DNA of 64,000 nucleotides from an uncultured Planctomycetota bacterium (GTDB lineage: Bacteria; Planctomycetota; Planctomycetia; Isosphaerales; Isosphaeraceae): positions 160,001-224,000 of the forward strand of contig CAWGMQ010000004.1 of NCBI GenBank assembly GCA_963823665.1. The letters are read 5' to 3'. Within the stretch, counting starts at the first letter, position 1. Each line of letters starts with the position of its first letter. Positions 1 through 10,283 of this stretch are shown piece after piece. Both the position numbers and the translations under genes were made by a program. The notes beneath the pieces were generated by a model. That model was given only the letters and a program-made list of their open reading frames with translations. It was not told where the DNA came from and searched no databases.

Positions 1-1445
1 GCCGGCTCGTTCCCCCAAGATCCCACCGTCGTTGCCAACACGCTCTATTTCTCGGCGACCACTTCCGCCGGCTCGAGCGAGCTCTGGTCGAGCGACGGCA
101 CCGCGGCGGGCACGAACATGGTCGCCAGCTTCGATTCCCAGCCCACGGGCAGCGCGATCTTCGACAACATTCCAGATGCGTTCGCCGTGACGGGCAACAC
201 CATGGTCTTCGCCGCCGACGACGGGACAAATGCAGCCGAGCTGTGGAAGACGGACGGCACCGCCGCGGGGACCACGATGATCAAGGTGCTTTCTCAAAGC
301 TCGTTGTCGTATGACCCGAGCGAGTTCACGACGGTTGGTGGTAAGGTCTTCTTCGTCGTCACCAGAGGCGCGACGGACGAGCTCTGGGTGACCGACGCCA
401 CGAGCACCGGCACGACCGAGATTGCAACCTTCGACGGCACGATCGCCGACGCGATGGAGTTCGATGGAAAGCTCGCGTTCATCGAGTCCACGCCCGACGG
501 GACAGTCTCTTCGCTGTGGCTCTCCGATGGTACTGCGAGCGGAACGACGGAAGTGACGAGCTTCCCGAGCCAGAACAACTACTACGTGCAAACGCCCGCG
601 ATGGCGGTCGCCGACGGAAAGCTCTTCATCACGGCCCCTCCGCTTCCGGGCGACTCCAGTGCTGGTTTTTCCGCGCTGTGGGTCAGCGACGGCACGGCAG
701 CCGGGACGGCGCCGATTCCGACGGTGCCGGTGACCGCGACGAATGACGACCTGGTCGAGTTTCAAAACAAGCTTTACTTCTCGGTGAACACTGATGCGGG
801 CACGCCGCGCGCGAGCTCTGGGTCACCGACGGCACGGTGGCGGGGACCAAGATGGTCGCGAAGCTGGGCGCGCCGAATGCGACGATTGATCAGTTCGTTG
901 TCGCCGGAGCTAATCTTTACATATTTACCTCTCAGTCCGGCAACGCGCCTGAGATCCTGTACAGGTCGAACGGGACTGCCAAGGGCACTGTGGCGCTGCA
1001 CAGTTTCGCGAACAATGACGTGAATTCCGCGTTCGGACTGCCGAACGGGAATCTCGAATTCGACTTTAACGCGTTGCCTCTGCCACTTTGGGTGAGCAAC
1101 GGCACGGTTGCGGGAACAACGATGCTCCACAAGTTGAGCGGTGGATTCGGCTATCTGGGCGACGGCGATGGCGCGATCACGCCGATCAACGGTCTATTCT
1201 ACGTGCAGGGAACGGACAGCAAGGGCGACATCGGGCTCTGGCAGAGCGACGGCACGGTCGCGGGGACGACGCTGGTCCAGGACATCAACGGGGCCGATAG
1301 CGTTTATTACCCCATGGCCTTGACGGATCTCAACGGGAACCTGATCGTGGCGGTCAATCAAGACGCTTCAGGTCTTGAGCTATGGAGCGAGCCGATGCCG
1401 GCGGGGCCGCTTGCGGTGAAGGAGCAGTCGCGGAAGCAGGGATGA
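1..1445 (+). CDS. ELWxxDGT-repeat beta-propeller surface protein (5'-partial; frameshift near 810)
   Basis: Repeated ELWSSDGT/ELWKTDGT/LWVSDGT/LWQSDGT motifs; frame 1 is open from base 1 and the repeats continue in ORF 837..1445. Confidence 0.85.
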
Positions 1446-1485
1446 GTGCGAAGCATTCGTTTTGTGAGGGTCGCCGCCGGGATTC

Positions 1486-1519
1486 ACCCCCTTGGCCCCG
1501 CCTTTTGCAAGGGGGGAAA
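1486..1519. repeat. REP-like hairpin (CCCCCTT...TTGCAAGGGGGG family)
   Basis: Related sequence at ~7398-7431 (CCCCTTACCCCCCCTTCGCAAGGGGGGG). Confidence 0.55.
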
Positions 1520-1669
1520 TGTGTGCGGGGGGCTTCCGCTTGCGCGCGGCGTGTGCTAGCCTCGCGCGGAATTGCACCCCACCGCGCGCTGTCGCAGCGC
1601 GGACCGCGGGGAGGGAACGTATCGGGATCATGTGCAATTCTCCTTCAGCGAGAATCTAAAGGGATCTTC

Positions 1670-2752
1670 ATGGCTTTTCCGAGTGGTTACGTGCTCGCCG
1701 AGGCGCAGGAAGCGATGACCTTATCCACCGTCGCGTATCAGGGCGAGGGGGGGAGTTATAACGAAATTGAGGCCGCGATTCTTTCGGCGCTCGCCTCATC
1801 GACGGTGCTGGGCGGGCATCTCACGCTCGTCTGGATGGGGATCAGCGCGGATATGGGCGCCCTCATTTACGTGGCGCGGGACGATCGCGCGCCCTTCCGC
1901 TATGCGATCGTGAACCGGGGCACGGACTGGAACTTCCTGACTGACTGGGTGGACGATTTCGACGTGCTTGACACTCACGACTGGCCGACGGCGACCCCTC
2001 CCGACCCGTCGATCGTCGTCGCCCAGGGTTCATGGGATGGCCTCCAGGCGGTGTTGACGGCGCCCTCTCAGCCTGACGGGATGACGCTGCCCGGGCTGCT
2101 CGGGAAGATCAGCTCGGGCGCCACTGGGGCGCTGGATCTCTTCGTTACGGGGCATAGCCTGGGGGGCGCCCTGGCCACGATTCTGGGCTTATATCTGGCG
2201 GACACGGTGAGCAGTTGGAACGCCGGAACGGCGTCGGTGAGCATCAAGACTTATACTTTTGCATCGCCGACGACCGGCAATCAGCAGTACGTGAATTACT
2301 ATGACAGCCGCTCGGGGCTTACCAATCTTTCGTGGCAGGCCTTTCGAGTCTTCAACGAGCAGGATGTGGTGCCGCACGCGTATGCGGACATCGAAGGGAT
2401 CGCCGACTCGGGAATACCGCTGTCGCTCGTGCTCAAGCTGTCAGTCGGGGCGTCGGCTGCGCTCGTTCAGACAATCCTGAATGATAACCATGACAGTTAT
2501 GTCCAGGTGGGAAACGGCGAGGCCTTGAACAACAACCCACCGCAAGCGGGCCAGCCGACGTGTGCGAACCCCGCAGAAACTCTCGACGATTTCGTGTGCT
2601 GGGTTAGCTATGAGCATTCGTCGCTGACGTATCTGGGACTGTTGGGGGTGCCGACGGACGGCATGGCGGATCATTCGAGCAACCTGTCGTCGACCGCGTC
2701 GGCGAACCAGGGGACGCTGGAGGCGAGGGCGGCGGCGGTGCGGGCGAGTTAA
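1670..2752 (+). CDS. Class 3 lipase / alpha-beta hydrolase
   Basis: NRGT and VTGHSLGGALA motifs, YTFASP, D-VP motif, C-terminal His; ATG 1670 is in frame with ORF 1382..2752. Confidence 0.85.
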   Translation: MAFPSGYVLAEAQEAMTLSTVAYQGEGGSYNEIEAAILSALASSTVLGGHLTLVWMGISADMGALIYVARDDRAPFRYAIVNRGTDWNFLTDWVDDFDVLDTHDWPTATPPDPSIVVAQGSWDGLQAVLTAPSQPDGMTLPGLLGKISSGATGALDLFVTGHSLGGALATILGLYLADTVSSWNAGTASVSIKTYTFASPTTGNQQYVNYYDSRSGLTNLSWQAFRVFNEQDVVPHAYADIEGIADSGIPLSLVLKLSVGASAALVQTILNDNHDSYVQVGNGEALNNNPPQAGQPTCANPAETLDDFVCWVSYEHSSLTYLGLLGVPTDGMADHSSNLSSTASANQGTLEARAAAVRAS

Positions 2753-2775
2753 TGCGTGTCCGCGCCGATCGAAGG

Positions 2776-3254
2776 CCCGCTCGGCGCCGTTCAAAGCGCT
2801 TTGAACGGGCTCATCGGTGCTGTAAATGTTCGACTCAAAACAGCGGTTAATTCCTTTTCTTGATTGAACTTGCGTTCCTCGGAGGATAATAACCCCGGCT
2901 GAAAGGGTGACCGATCCGGCAGAATCGGCGCATATTATAATAGGGGAGAAGTGTGTCGCAGCCGTACGGCCGGGCCCGGCGCCGTCGCGAATCGGCCCGT
3001 TGCCGGGACAACCATGCTGGTTGATCCGTGGCGAAGTCTCCACCTCTTCCCTACCCCATCCCACAGCGCGAACAGTCGCATTCCATTCTCAATCTTAGAC
3101 GATCGCATTTCGACCATTGATCGCCAGAACTCGATCACGTCATTTACCTGCCCTTCGAGGGATGCCGGCCAGCCTGGGCCCCAGGCTGAGAACCGTGAGC
3201 GGGGCGATAGGAAGATACCTGAGGATCTGTGATCAAAAGGTATCATTTTGCTCC
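2776..3254 (+). repeat. Conserved non-coding region upstream of terminase pair; inverted homologue at ~36073-36352
   Basis: Aligns by eye in blocks with the reverse complement of 36073-36352; includes perfect 22-bp palindrome CCGTTCAAAGCGCTTTGAACGG (2787-2808). Confidence 0.8.
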
Positions 3255-3650
3255 ATGTCTGAAGAACCGGAAAGAGGGACGAAAGAGCAACTCGCCCTTG
3301 CAGTTGCGTGCGGCAAGTCAGTTCGTTCGTGGGCGCGGAGCGCCAACGTACCCGCCGTGACCGCACATCGGTGGTCACGGGATCCCGAAGTCCGAAAGAT
3401 GGCCGATGAACTTCGCCGCCGCGCGCTCGATCGAGCGGTCGGCCAGGTTGCCATGCGTTCGACCTGGCTGATGGGTCGGATGACCAAGATCGCGACGGAA
3501 GGAGACTCGGACACGGTGCGCCTGAAGGCGCTTCGCGGCCTTCTGGCGGACATGATCACCGTTTCCAAATACAGCGGGCTCGAAGCCCGCATGACCGAGC
3601 TCGAGGAGTCGCGTGATGCGCAGCTTGGACACGCGAATCGAACGGTATAA
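3255..3650 (+). CDS. HTH protein, probable terminase small subunit
   Basis: N-terminal HTH-like segment (GKSVRSWARSANVPAVTAHRW), VRLKAL motif; overlaps start of large terminase. Confidence 0.6.
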   Translation: MSEEPERGTKEQLALAVACGKSVRSWARSANVPAVTAHRWSRDPEVRKMADELRRRALDRAVGQVAMRSTWLMGRMTKIATEGDSDTVRLKALRGLLADMITVSKYSGLEARMTELEESRDAQLGHANRTV

Positions 3651-5031
3651 GGCCGAGTCGGCGGCGACGACTTGCGCGGATGTCGCCGACCGCTCGCCGT
3701 GGCACTGGTACGCACCAGACTGCCCGTGCGGGCTGCCACCCGGGGAATGCCGCGAGCATCCCCGGGCGCGCGAAACGCAGCGACCGCCGCCGGGCGACTG
3801 GCGGGTTTGGGGCTACGTGGCGGGGCGCGGGTCGGGCAAGACGCGTGCCGGGGCCGCGTGGATCCAGCAACGGGTCGAGGACGGCGTCATGAAGCTCGGC
3901 TGCCTGATTGCGCCGACTGCGAACGACATTCGCGACGTGTTGGTAGAGGGGCCATCCGGGCTGCTCGCCATTGCATCGCCGTGGATGCGGCCGAAATTTG
4001 AACCCTCGAAACGCCGCGTGAGCTGGCCGAATGGCGCATGGGCGATTTGCTTGAGCGGCGAAGAGCCCGAGCGCGCACGTGGCCTGAATGTGGACACGCT
4101 CTGGGCGGACGAGCTCGCCTGCTGGCAGCGAGCCGAACTCACGTGGAACCTGGTGATGCTGTCGCTACGGGCCGGGGAAAATCCTCAGGCCCTGATCACG
4201 ACGACACCGCGCCGCGTCGAGGTGCTCAAGCGCATCCTCGCCGAGGAAACGACGGTGCGGACCACCGATAGCACGTATGCGAACCAGGCGCATCTGTCGA
4301 AGGACTTTATCAGACAGATCGTCGGCATGTATGAGAACACGAGGCTGGGACGGCAGGAGATTCATGCCGAGTTCCTGGAGACGACTGAGGGCGTCTGGTT
4401 TTCCAACTTCGACCCGGCCAAGCACGTTACGGTGGACGCAGAGTACCATCCCGGGTTTGCCGTGCGGTGCGCGATTGACGCGGGCACCTCGCGGCACACC
4501 GCGGCCGTGTTCTTTCAGGTTCGCCCGAGTTTTACCAGTGACAGGCCGCGGGTCACTGTCTTCGGCGAGTATCATGCGTTCGACGTGTTCAGCCACAGGA
4601 ATGCCCTGGCGGTCAAAAACGTGGCGGATGGGCTGCCGTGCCAGGGCCGGATTGACTTCGTGCGCATTGACCCGGCGGCATCGGCGAAGTCGTCGCTGGG
4701 TCCGTTTGCGTACGGCGAGTACGAGCGGGTCTTCGGCTCGCGGATTCTGGCGCGGTGGCCGACGCACCTGGTGCTGGACGGGCTGGACACCATCGAGCTG
4801 CTCCTGGACACCGGCAACCTGACGATACATCCGCGGTGCGTGCGGCTCCGGGAGGCGTTCGGAAATTACTGCCGGAAGCGGCAGGGGGGCGAATGGCTCG
4901 ACGAACCGGCTGACGGACATCCGGAGGAAGACATGATGGATGCGCTCCGCGGCGGCATTCGCGACGCGCTGCCGGAAGGGGGCATCGTTACACCGGGTCT
5001 GCCGCGGGTGCATGCGTCGAGGGTTTTCTGA
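3616..5031 (+). CDS. Phage terminase large subunit-like protein
   Basis: Walker A GRGSGKT, Walker B LWADE, coupling motif TTTP, acidic nuclease motifs AIDAG and DMMDA; GAGGAG RBS before ATG 3616. Confidence 0.85.
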   Translation: MRSLDTRIERYKAESAATTCADVADRSPWHWYAPDCPCGLPPGECREHPRARETQRPPPGDWRVWGYVAGRGSGKTRAGAAWIQQRVEDGVMKLGCLIAPTANDIRDVLVEGPSGLLAIASPWMRPKFEPSKRRVSWPNGAWAICLSGEEPERARGLNVDTLWADELACWQRAELTWNLVMLSLRAGENPQALITTTPRRVEVLKRILAEETTVRTTDSTYANQAHLSKDFIRQIVGMYENTRLGRQEIHAEFLETTEGVWFSNFDPAKHVTVDAEYHPGFAVRCAIDAGTSRHTAAVFFQVRPSFTSDRPRVTVFGEYHAFDVFSHRNALAVKNVADGLPCQGRIDFVRIDPAASAKSSLGPFAYGEYERVFGSRILARWPTHLVLDGLDTIELLLDTGNLTIHPRCVRLREAFGNYCRKRQGGEWLDEPADGHPEEDMMDALRGGIRDALPEGGIVTPGLPRVHASRVF

Positions 5032-5122
5032 TACGATCGAGTTTGTATGCCATGCACGCGCGGGCCGGACCGTGTCGTGACGCCGCAAGATGACTTGCGG
5101 CTGCGACGAGGAGAATGTGCGG

Positions 5123-6832
5123 ATGAGCGTAGTCGTCAAAGCGATGATCGTCACGGCACTTCTGCCGATAGGCTTGCTGATGCCAGCGTGCCGGGCTCAG
5201 GCTGCCGACACGATTTACACGGGCGGCGACATTGTCACGGTGAACGACCGGCAGCCTGCGGCCGAGGCGCTCGCGGTGAAGGACGGGAGGATTCTCGCGG
5301 TTGGTGCGCGCAACATGATCGAGCGTGACCACAAGGACGCATCAACGCGGGTGGTCGACCTGGAGGGAAGGACCTTGCTGCCCGGGTTCATCGACGCGCA
5401 CAGCCACTACTTCAGCTCGCTGACGGTCGCCAACCAGGTGAACGTGTACGCGCCTCCGGCCGGGCCGGGCAAGGATCCGGTCAGCATCGTGGCCGAGCTC
5501 GTGAAGTTCCGCGACAAGAACAAGATCCCGAAGGGTGAGGTGATTCAGGCTTACGGGTATGACGAGAATGTCATGCCGAACGGCGCCGGGCTGACGCGGG
5601 CTGATCTCGACGTTGAGTTTCCCGACAACCCGGTCCTGGTCGGGCACGTGTCGATGCACGGGGCGGTGCTGAACTCGGCCGCGATGAGGAAGTGGAACAT
5701 CACGGCCGAGACCAAGACGCCGCCCGGCGGCATCATAGTGCGAAAACCAGGATCGAACGAGCCGGCGGGCTTGCTGATGGAGACCGCGTATCTGCCGATC
5801 TTCGCGTCGCTGCCCAAGCCGACGCGCGAACAGGAGATTGATTGGTCTCGAGCGGGGCAGATGCTCTACGCCCGAGCGGGGATCACCACGGCCCACGAAG
5901 GGGCGACGCATGCTGACGACCTGGAGGTCATGAAGCGCGTCACGAGCGCCGGCGGCAACATTATCGACATCGTCGCGTACCCGTTTATCACCGATCTGGA
6001 CAAGGTGCTGGCAGCCAACCCGGTGACCGGCTGGGGCAAGTACGTGAATCGGCTGAAGATCGGCGGCGTGAAGATCACGATCGATGGGTCGCCCCAGGGC
6101 AAGACGGCTTTCTTCACGAAGCCGTATTTGAACGGCGGACCGGGCGGCGAGAAGAACTGGCGCGGCGAGCTAACGTTTCCGGAAGAGACCGTTCAGCATA
6201 TGGTCAAGCGTGTCTACGACGTGGGTGTGCCGCTGAATCTACACGCGAACGGAGACGCGGCGATTGACGTGTTTCTGCGGGCGCACGAGCTGGCGGCGGC
6301 CGGTAACTTGACCAGAGACCGGCGTGTCACGCTGATTCACGCGCAGTTTATTCGCAGTGATCAGATCGACAAGGTCGTCCGGTACAAGGTCACGCCGTCG
6401 TTCTACACGCTGCACACGTTTTATTTCGCGGAAGCGCACATCGCCAATCGCGGCAGAGAACAGGCGAGCTTCATGAGTCCGATGCGGGCGGCAATCGACA
6501 AGGCGCTGCGGCCGACCAACCATACGGATTTTGTCGTTGCGCCGCTCGACCAGATGTTCATGATGTGGTCGGCGGTGAACCGGGTTTCGCGTGGCGGGGA
6601 GGTGATCGGGGCGGACCAGAGAGTGGGGGCGCTCGAGGCGCTCAAGGCGATGACCATCAATGTTGCTTATCAGTATGGCGAAGAGGCGGTGAAGGGATCG
6701 CTGGAGGCGGGCAAAGTTGCTGATCTGGTGATTCTTGATCGGAACCCGCTTGAGGTCGATGCGATGAGGATCAAGGACATAAAGGTTCTGGAGACGATCA
6801 AGGAGGGGAAGAGGATTTACCGCGCGGACTGA
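5123..6832 (+). CDS. Secreted amidohydrolase (Amidohydro_3 / YtcJ-like)
   Basis: PGFIDAHSH, DGSPQG, HANGD, HAQ and GSLEAGKVADLVIL motifs; N-terminal signal peptide. Confidence 0.9.
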   Translation: MSVVVKAMIVTALLPIGLLMPACRAQAADTIYTGGDIVTVNDRQPAAEALAVKDGRILAVGARNMIERDHKDASTRVVDLEGRTLLPGFIDAHSHYFSSLTVANQVNVYAPPAGPGKDPVSIVAELVKFRDKNKIPKGEVIQAYGYDENVMPNGAGLTRADLDVEFPDNPVLVGHVSMHGAVLNSAAMRKWNITAETKTPPGGIIVRKPGSNEPAGLLMETAYLPIFASLPKPTREQEIDWSRAGQMLYARAGITTAHEGATHADDLEVMKRVTSAGGNIIDIVAYPFITDLDKVLAANPVTGWGKYVNRLKIGGVKITIDGSPQGKTAFFTKPYLNGGPGGEKNWRGELTFPEETVQHMVKRVYDVGVPLNLHANGDAAIDVFLRAHELAAAGNLTRDRRVTLIHAQFIRSDQIDKVVRYKVTPSFYTLHTFYFAEAHIANRGREQASFMSPMRAAIDKALRPTNHTDFVVAPLDQMFMMWSAVNRVSRGGEVIGADQRVGALEALKAMTINVAYQYGEEAVKGSLEAGKVADLVILDRNPLEVDAMRIKDIKVLETIKEGKRIYRAD

Positions 6833-6833
6833 A

Positions 6834-6906
<73 letters not shown>

Positions 6907-7147
6907 GCGAATGATCAACCTCGATCCGATTGATCAACGAAGCGGCCACCTGGCAGCCGGCGTCACGATGTTTCCGATCATAGCGATGTGAGCCGGTCTT
7001 TTCAACCTTGGTCAACATCATGAAGCCGCGGAAGTTGCGGTGCGTTTTGAGATCTCGTGCTGCCCTCCGAGCCGAAAAAAGGTTGCGAGACTTCGTTTCA
7101 GGGAATATGTTTAGCAATTGTCGAATCACGTTTACGAGTGGTTTGGC

Positions 7148-7175
7148 GGGCGGCACACGGAGTGTGCCTGATACG
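7148..7175 (-). repeat. REP-like palindrome GGCACAC-TCC-GTGTGCC
   Basis: Inverted copy of the repeat at 49793-49905 and 52983-53092. Confidence 0.65.
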
Positions 7176-7324
7176 AGTTGCCATGATCGAATCACACCCG
7201 CGGGTGGCCTTCCGCTCGCGTTCAATCCCGCCTGGATGAAAGTCATTAAATCCCACCGCGCGATCTGCACCGCCGTCACCGCACTCGCCTGCGAAGAGTC
7301 TGGTCCCACCGAGAGGAGAGAATC

Positions 7325-10195
7325 GTGATCAAATTGATCAGGCTTTGCCGGCGCTCCTTGTTGCCCGAAGGCTCTGAGACGGCGGCCGCCGGCACGCACC
7401 TCCCCTTACCCCCCCTTCGCAAGGGGGGGAATCAGAGCGAGACTCTTCTCCTCGACGCTAGCGAACCTCGGCGGGAGCCTCGCACTCCCAGGATTGCGCG
7501 CGGTGCGTTCGCCGTTCTACTGACCGCCACGACGACGGTGGGGTTCGCGCTGGCTCAGCAGGCTTCCATCATCGGCAAGCTCCAGGGACACACGAGCCCG
7601 GTGTACTCGGTTGCCTGGAGCCCCGACGGGAAGAGCATCGCCACGGCAGCGTTCGATAACACGGTGCGGCTCTGGGATGTCGCGGGCCGGAAGGAAATCA
7701 AGAAGTTCGAAGGACACACAAAGCTCGTGCTTTCCGTCGCGATCTCGCCGAATGGCAAGCAAATTCTCTCGGGAAGCCAGGACAATACCGCCAAGATCTG
7801 GGATTGGCCGGTCTTGAGCCCGAGCAAGACAATGGGAGGACACCCGGGACCGGTGCAGGCCCTCGCCGTCAAGCCGGACGGCAAACTGGTCGCGGCGGCT
7901 TCGGGGAAATCGATCAAAGTGTGGGACCTCGCGACCGGTCAAACGATCAAGGAACTTCAGGGCCACGCCGGGGACGTTGCCTCCGCTGCCTGGCGCGGTG
8001 ACGGCGCGGGCCTGGCGACGGGGGACAAGGCCAATTCCATTCGCCTCTGGAAAGCAGATTTGAGCCCGGACGCCGCCATCGAAGCACCCAGTGAGGCCAT
8101 CCTCGCGCTGGCGTATCTGCCAAACAACCAGCAGATTGTCTCGGCGGGTTCGGACGGGCTGGCGCGATTGTGGCAGCTCGGGATGCCAGCACAGCGAACG
8201 ATCGACGTAAAAGAGAATGCGAGCGCCCTTGCACTCTCACGCGACGGTTCGAAGCTCGCGACCGGCGGAGGCGATAAGCTCGTCAGGATCTGGAACCCGG
8301 CCGATGGCAAGTCGATCAGGGAGATCGCCACCGATGCGCCAGTTGTCGCAGTCGCATTCCAGCAAGACGGGGCGAAGCTCGCCGTGGCCCTTACCAACAA
8401 GACCGTGCGAATTTTCCAGACCTCCGACGGCAAGGAAGTGAAGAAAATCGAGCTGCCGTCACCCATATCCGCCATAGCCTTTCGTGGGGACGGCGGGCAG
8501 CTTGCAGTTGCGGGCGAGGACAATACGATCCGACTGGTCAACGCCGCCGATGCGAAGATCGTCAAGGAGCTCAAGGGCCACCAAGGAAAGATCGCGGCAC
8601 TGGCTTTTTCGCCCAAAGACGGCAATTTGCTGTTCTCGGCTTCGGCGGACAAGACGGCGAAGCTCTGGGATGTCAATCAGGGAAAGAGCATCCGCGACTT
8701 CGGCGGCCATGCGGATGCCGTAGTCTCCTTGAACGTGAGTCGAGACGGGGCCAAGCTTGTCACTGGGTCGAACGACAAGACGGCGCGGGTCTGGAACGTC
8801 GCCGACGGAAAGGTCCTGGCGACGCTCGCCGGTTGCGCTGGGCCTGTTTCCTCGGTGTTCTTGTCGGACGACAACAACCGGGTCGCCACCGGCTCGGTTG
8901 ACCACTCGGTGCGCTTCTGGGAAGCGGCGAGCGGGCGAGAGCTCGAGCGGATGACCGGGCACAAGGCGGTGATCGCCGGGGTCGCGGTGCTGGGCGACAA
9001 CAAGACGGTTGTCTCGGCAGGCGCTGACAAGTCCGTGCGACTGTGGAACCCGGCCGCCGTACGCGTTTTTGCCGGTGGAGAGGGTGCGATCTTCAGCGTA
9101 GCCATGCATCCGGGTGGGGGACAACTCTATACGGCCTCGGCGGACAAATCGATCAAGGTCTTCGACGTGAACAGTGGGAACCTCGTCCGAACTCTCGCCG
9201 GGCACACGGGGGCCGTCAAGGCGATCGCGCTCTCCAAAGATGGAAGCAAGGTCGTCTCGGGGTCTGATGACAAGTCGTTTCGCGTCTGGAACGGGGCGGA
9301 CGGCAAACCGCTGCTGGCGATTCCCAACCTTGCCGCGGGCGTGGACTCGGTCGCCGCGGCGGCCAACAACACGATGGCGGCGGCTGGACTGGCGAGCGGC
9401 GTGGTGAAGGTTTTCAACATCGCGATCACCGATTCCGAGAAGGCCGAGCTGGCAAGCTATCAAACGGCGAGCGCTCCCGTGGGTGCGCTCGCATTCACGC
9501 CCGACTCGGCATCGCTCCTCGCCGGCGCCGCGGACAAAAATGTGGCCCTGTGGGCGCTGCCGCCAGCCGCGCCCAAGACGCTTTCGGGCCACACCGGGCA
9601 GATCTACAGTGTGGCCTTCAGCCCGGACGGAAAGCTGGCGGCCACCGCCGCCGCGGATAAATCCGCGCGAATCTGGGACGTCGAGAAGGGGGGGCAAGTT
9701 CGATCGCTCGTCGTGCCGGAGAAGGTTGCGTACAGCGCAGCATTCAGTCCCAAGGGAGACTTGCTGGCAACGGGGGGCGACGACAAGGTGGTGCGGTACT
9801 GGAATGTCGCCGACGGCAAGGAACTCCGCAAGAGCGTTGGACACGGGGCGTCGGTCTACGCGGTTGCTTTTCATCCGGATGGAACGAAGCTGGCCTCAGG
9901 CTCGGTCGACAAGACGATCCGGATCTGGAGCGTTGCCGATGGCAAGGAGCTGCACAAGCTGGACGGCCACCCCGACGACATATACGCAATCGCGTTCAGC
10001 CCCGACGGCAGGCGGCTAGCGTCGGTGGGATACGGCGGGAACATCTTTGTGTGGGATGTGGCGGGCGCGAAGCCGCTATTCCACCAGCACGTTGCCCCTT
10101 ACACGATGACCTACGGGCTGGCGTGGAGCCCGGACAATTCGCAGCTCGCGGTGGCTGCTTCGGATAACAATGTTTATTTGCTCAAATTACCATGA
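7325..10195 (+). CDS. Large secreted WD40-repeat protein (about 20 repeats)
   Basis: Recurrent GH...V.SVA.SPDG...ASGS.D.T..LWD repeats; signal-like segment ending ALAQ. Confidence 0.92.
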   Translation: MIKLIRLCRRSLLPEGSETAAAGTHLPLPPLRKGGNQSETLLLDASEPRREPRTPRIARGAFAVLLTATTTVGFALAQQASIIGKLQGHTSPVYSVAWSPDGKSIATAAFDNTVRLWDVAGRKEIKKFEGHTKLVLSVAISPNGKQILSGSQDNTAKIWDWPVLSPSKTMGGHPGPVQALAVKPDGKLVAAASGKSIKVWDLATGQTIKELQGHAGDVASAAWRGDGAGLATGDKANSIRLWKADLSPDAAIEAPSEAILALAYLPNNQQIVSAGSDGLARLWQLGMPAQRTIDVKENASALALSRDGSKLATGGGDKLVRIWNPADGKSIREIATDAPVVAVAFQQDGAKLAVALTNKTVRIFQTSDGKEVKKIELPSPISAIAFRGDGGQLAVAGEDNTIRLVNAADAKIVKELKGHQGKIAALAFSPKDGNLLFSASADKTAKLWDVNQGKSIRDFGGHADAVVSLNVSRDGAKLVTGSNDKTARVWNVADGKVLATLAGCAGPVSSVFLSDDNNRVATGSVDHSVRFWEAASGRELERMTGHKAVIAGVAVLGDNKTVVSAGADKSVRLWNPAAVRVFAGGEGAIFSVAMHPGGGQLYTASADKSIKVFDVNSGNLVRTLAGHTGAVKAIALSKDGSKVVSGSDDKSFRVWNGADGKPLLAIPNLAAGVDSVAAAANNTMAAAGLASGVVKVFNIAITDSEKAELASYQTASAPVGALAFTPDSASLLAGAADKNVALWALPPAAPKTLSGHTGQIYSVAFSPDGKLAATAAADKSARIWDVEKGGQVRSLVVPEKVAYSAAFSPKGDLLATGGDDKVVRYWNVADGKELRKSVGHGASVYAVAFHPDGTKLASGSVDKTIRIWSVADGKELHKLDGHPDDIYAIAFSPDGRRLASVGYGGNIFVWDVAGAKPLFHQHVAPYTMTYGLAWSPDNSQLAVAASDNNVYLLKLP

Positions 10196-10283
10196 GCACG
10201 GGGGTGTATTCGCCTGGGAGGGACGGGTCGATCGGATCAAGGGGTGGGCACCGCTCCTTCCCCTGGCCCGACCTCTTAAAGTC

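Noticed and set aside
2881..2888. GGAGGATA match to the tRNA-Ala 3' end as an att core
   Set aside because: Only 8 nt; not significant
3255..6832. Intact prophage
   Set aside because: No portal, capsid, tail, lysis or integrase genes are recognisable
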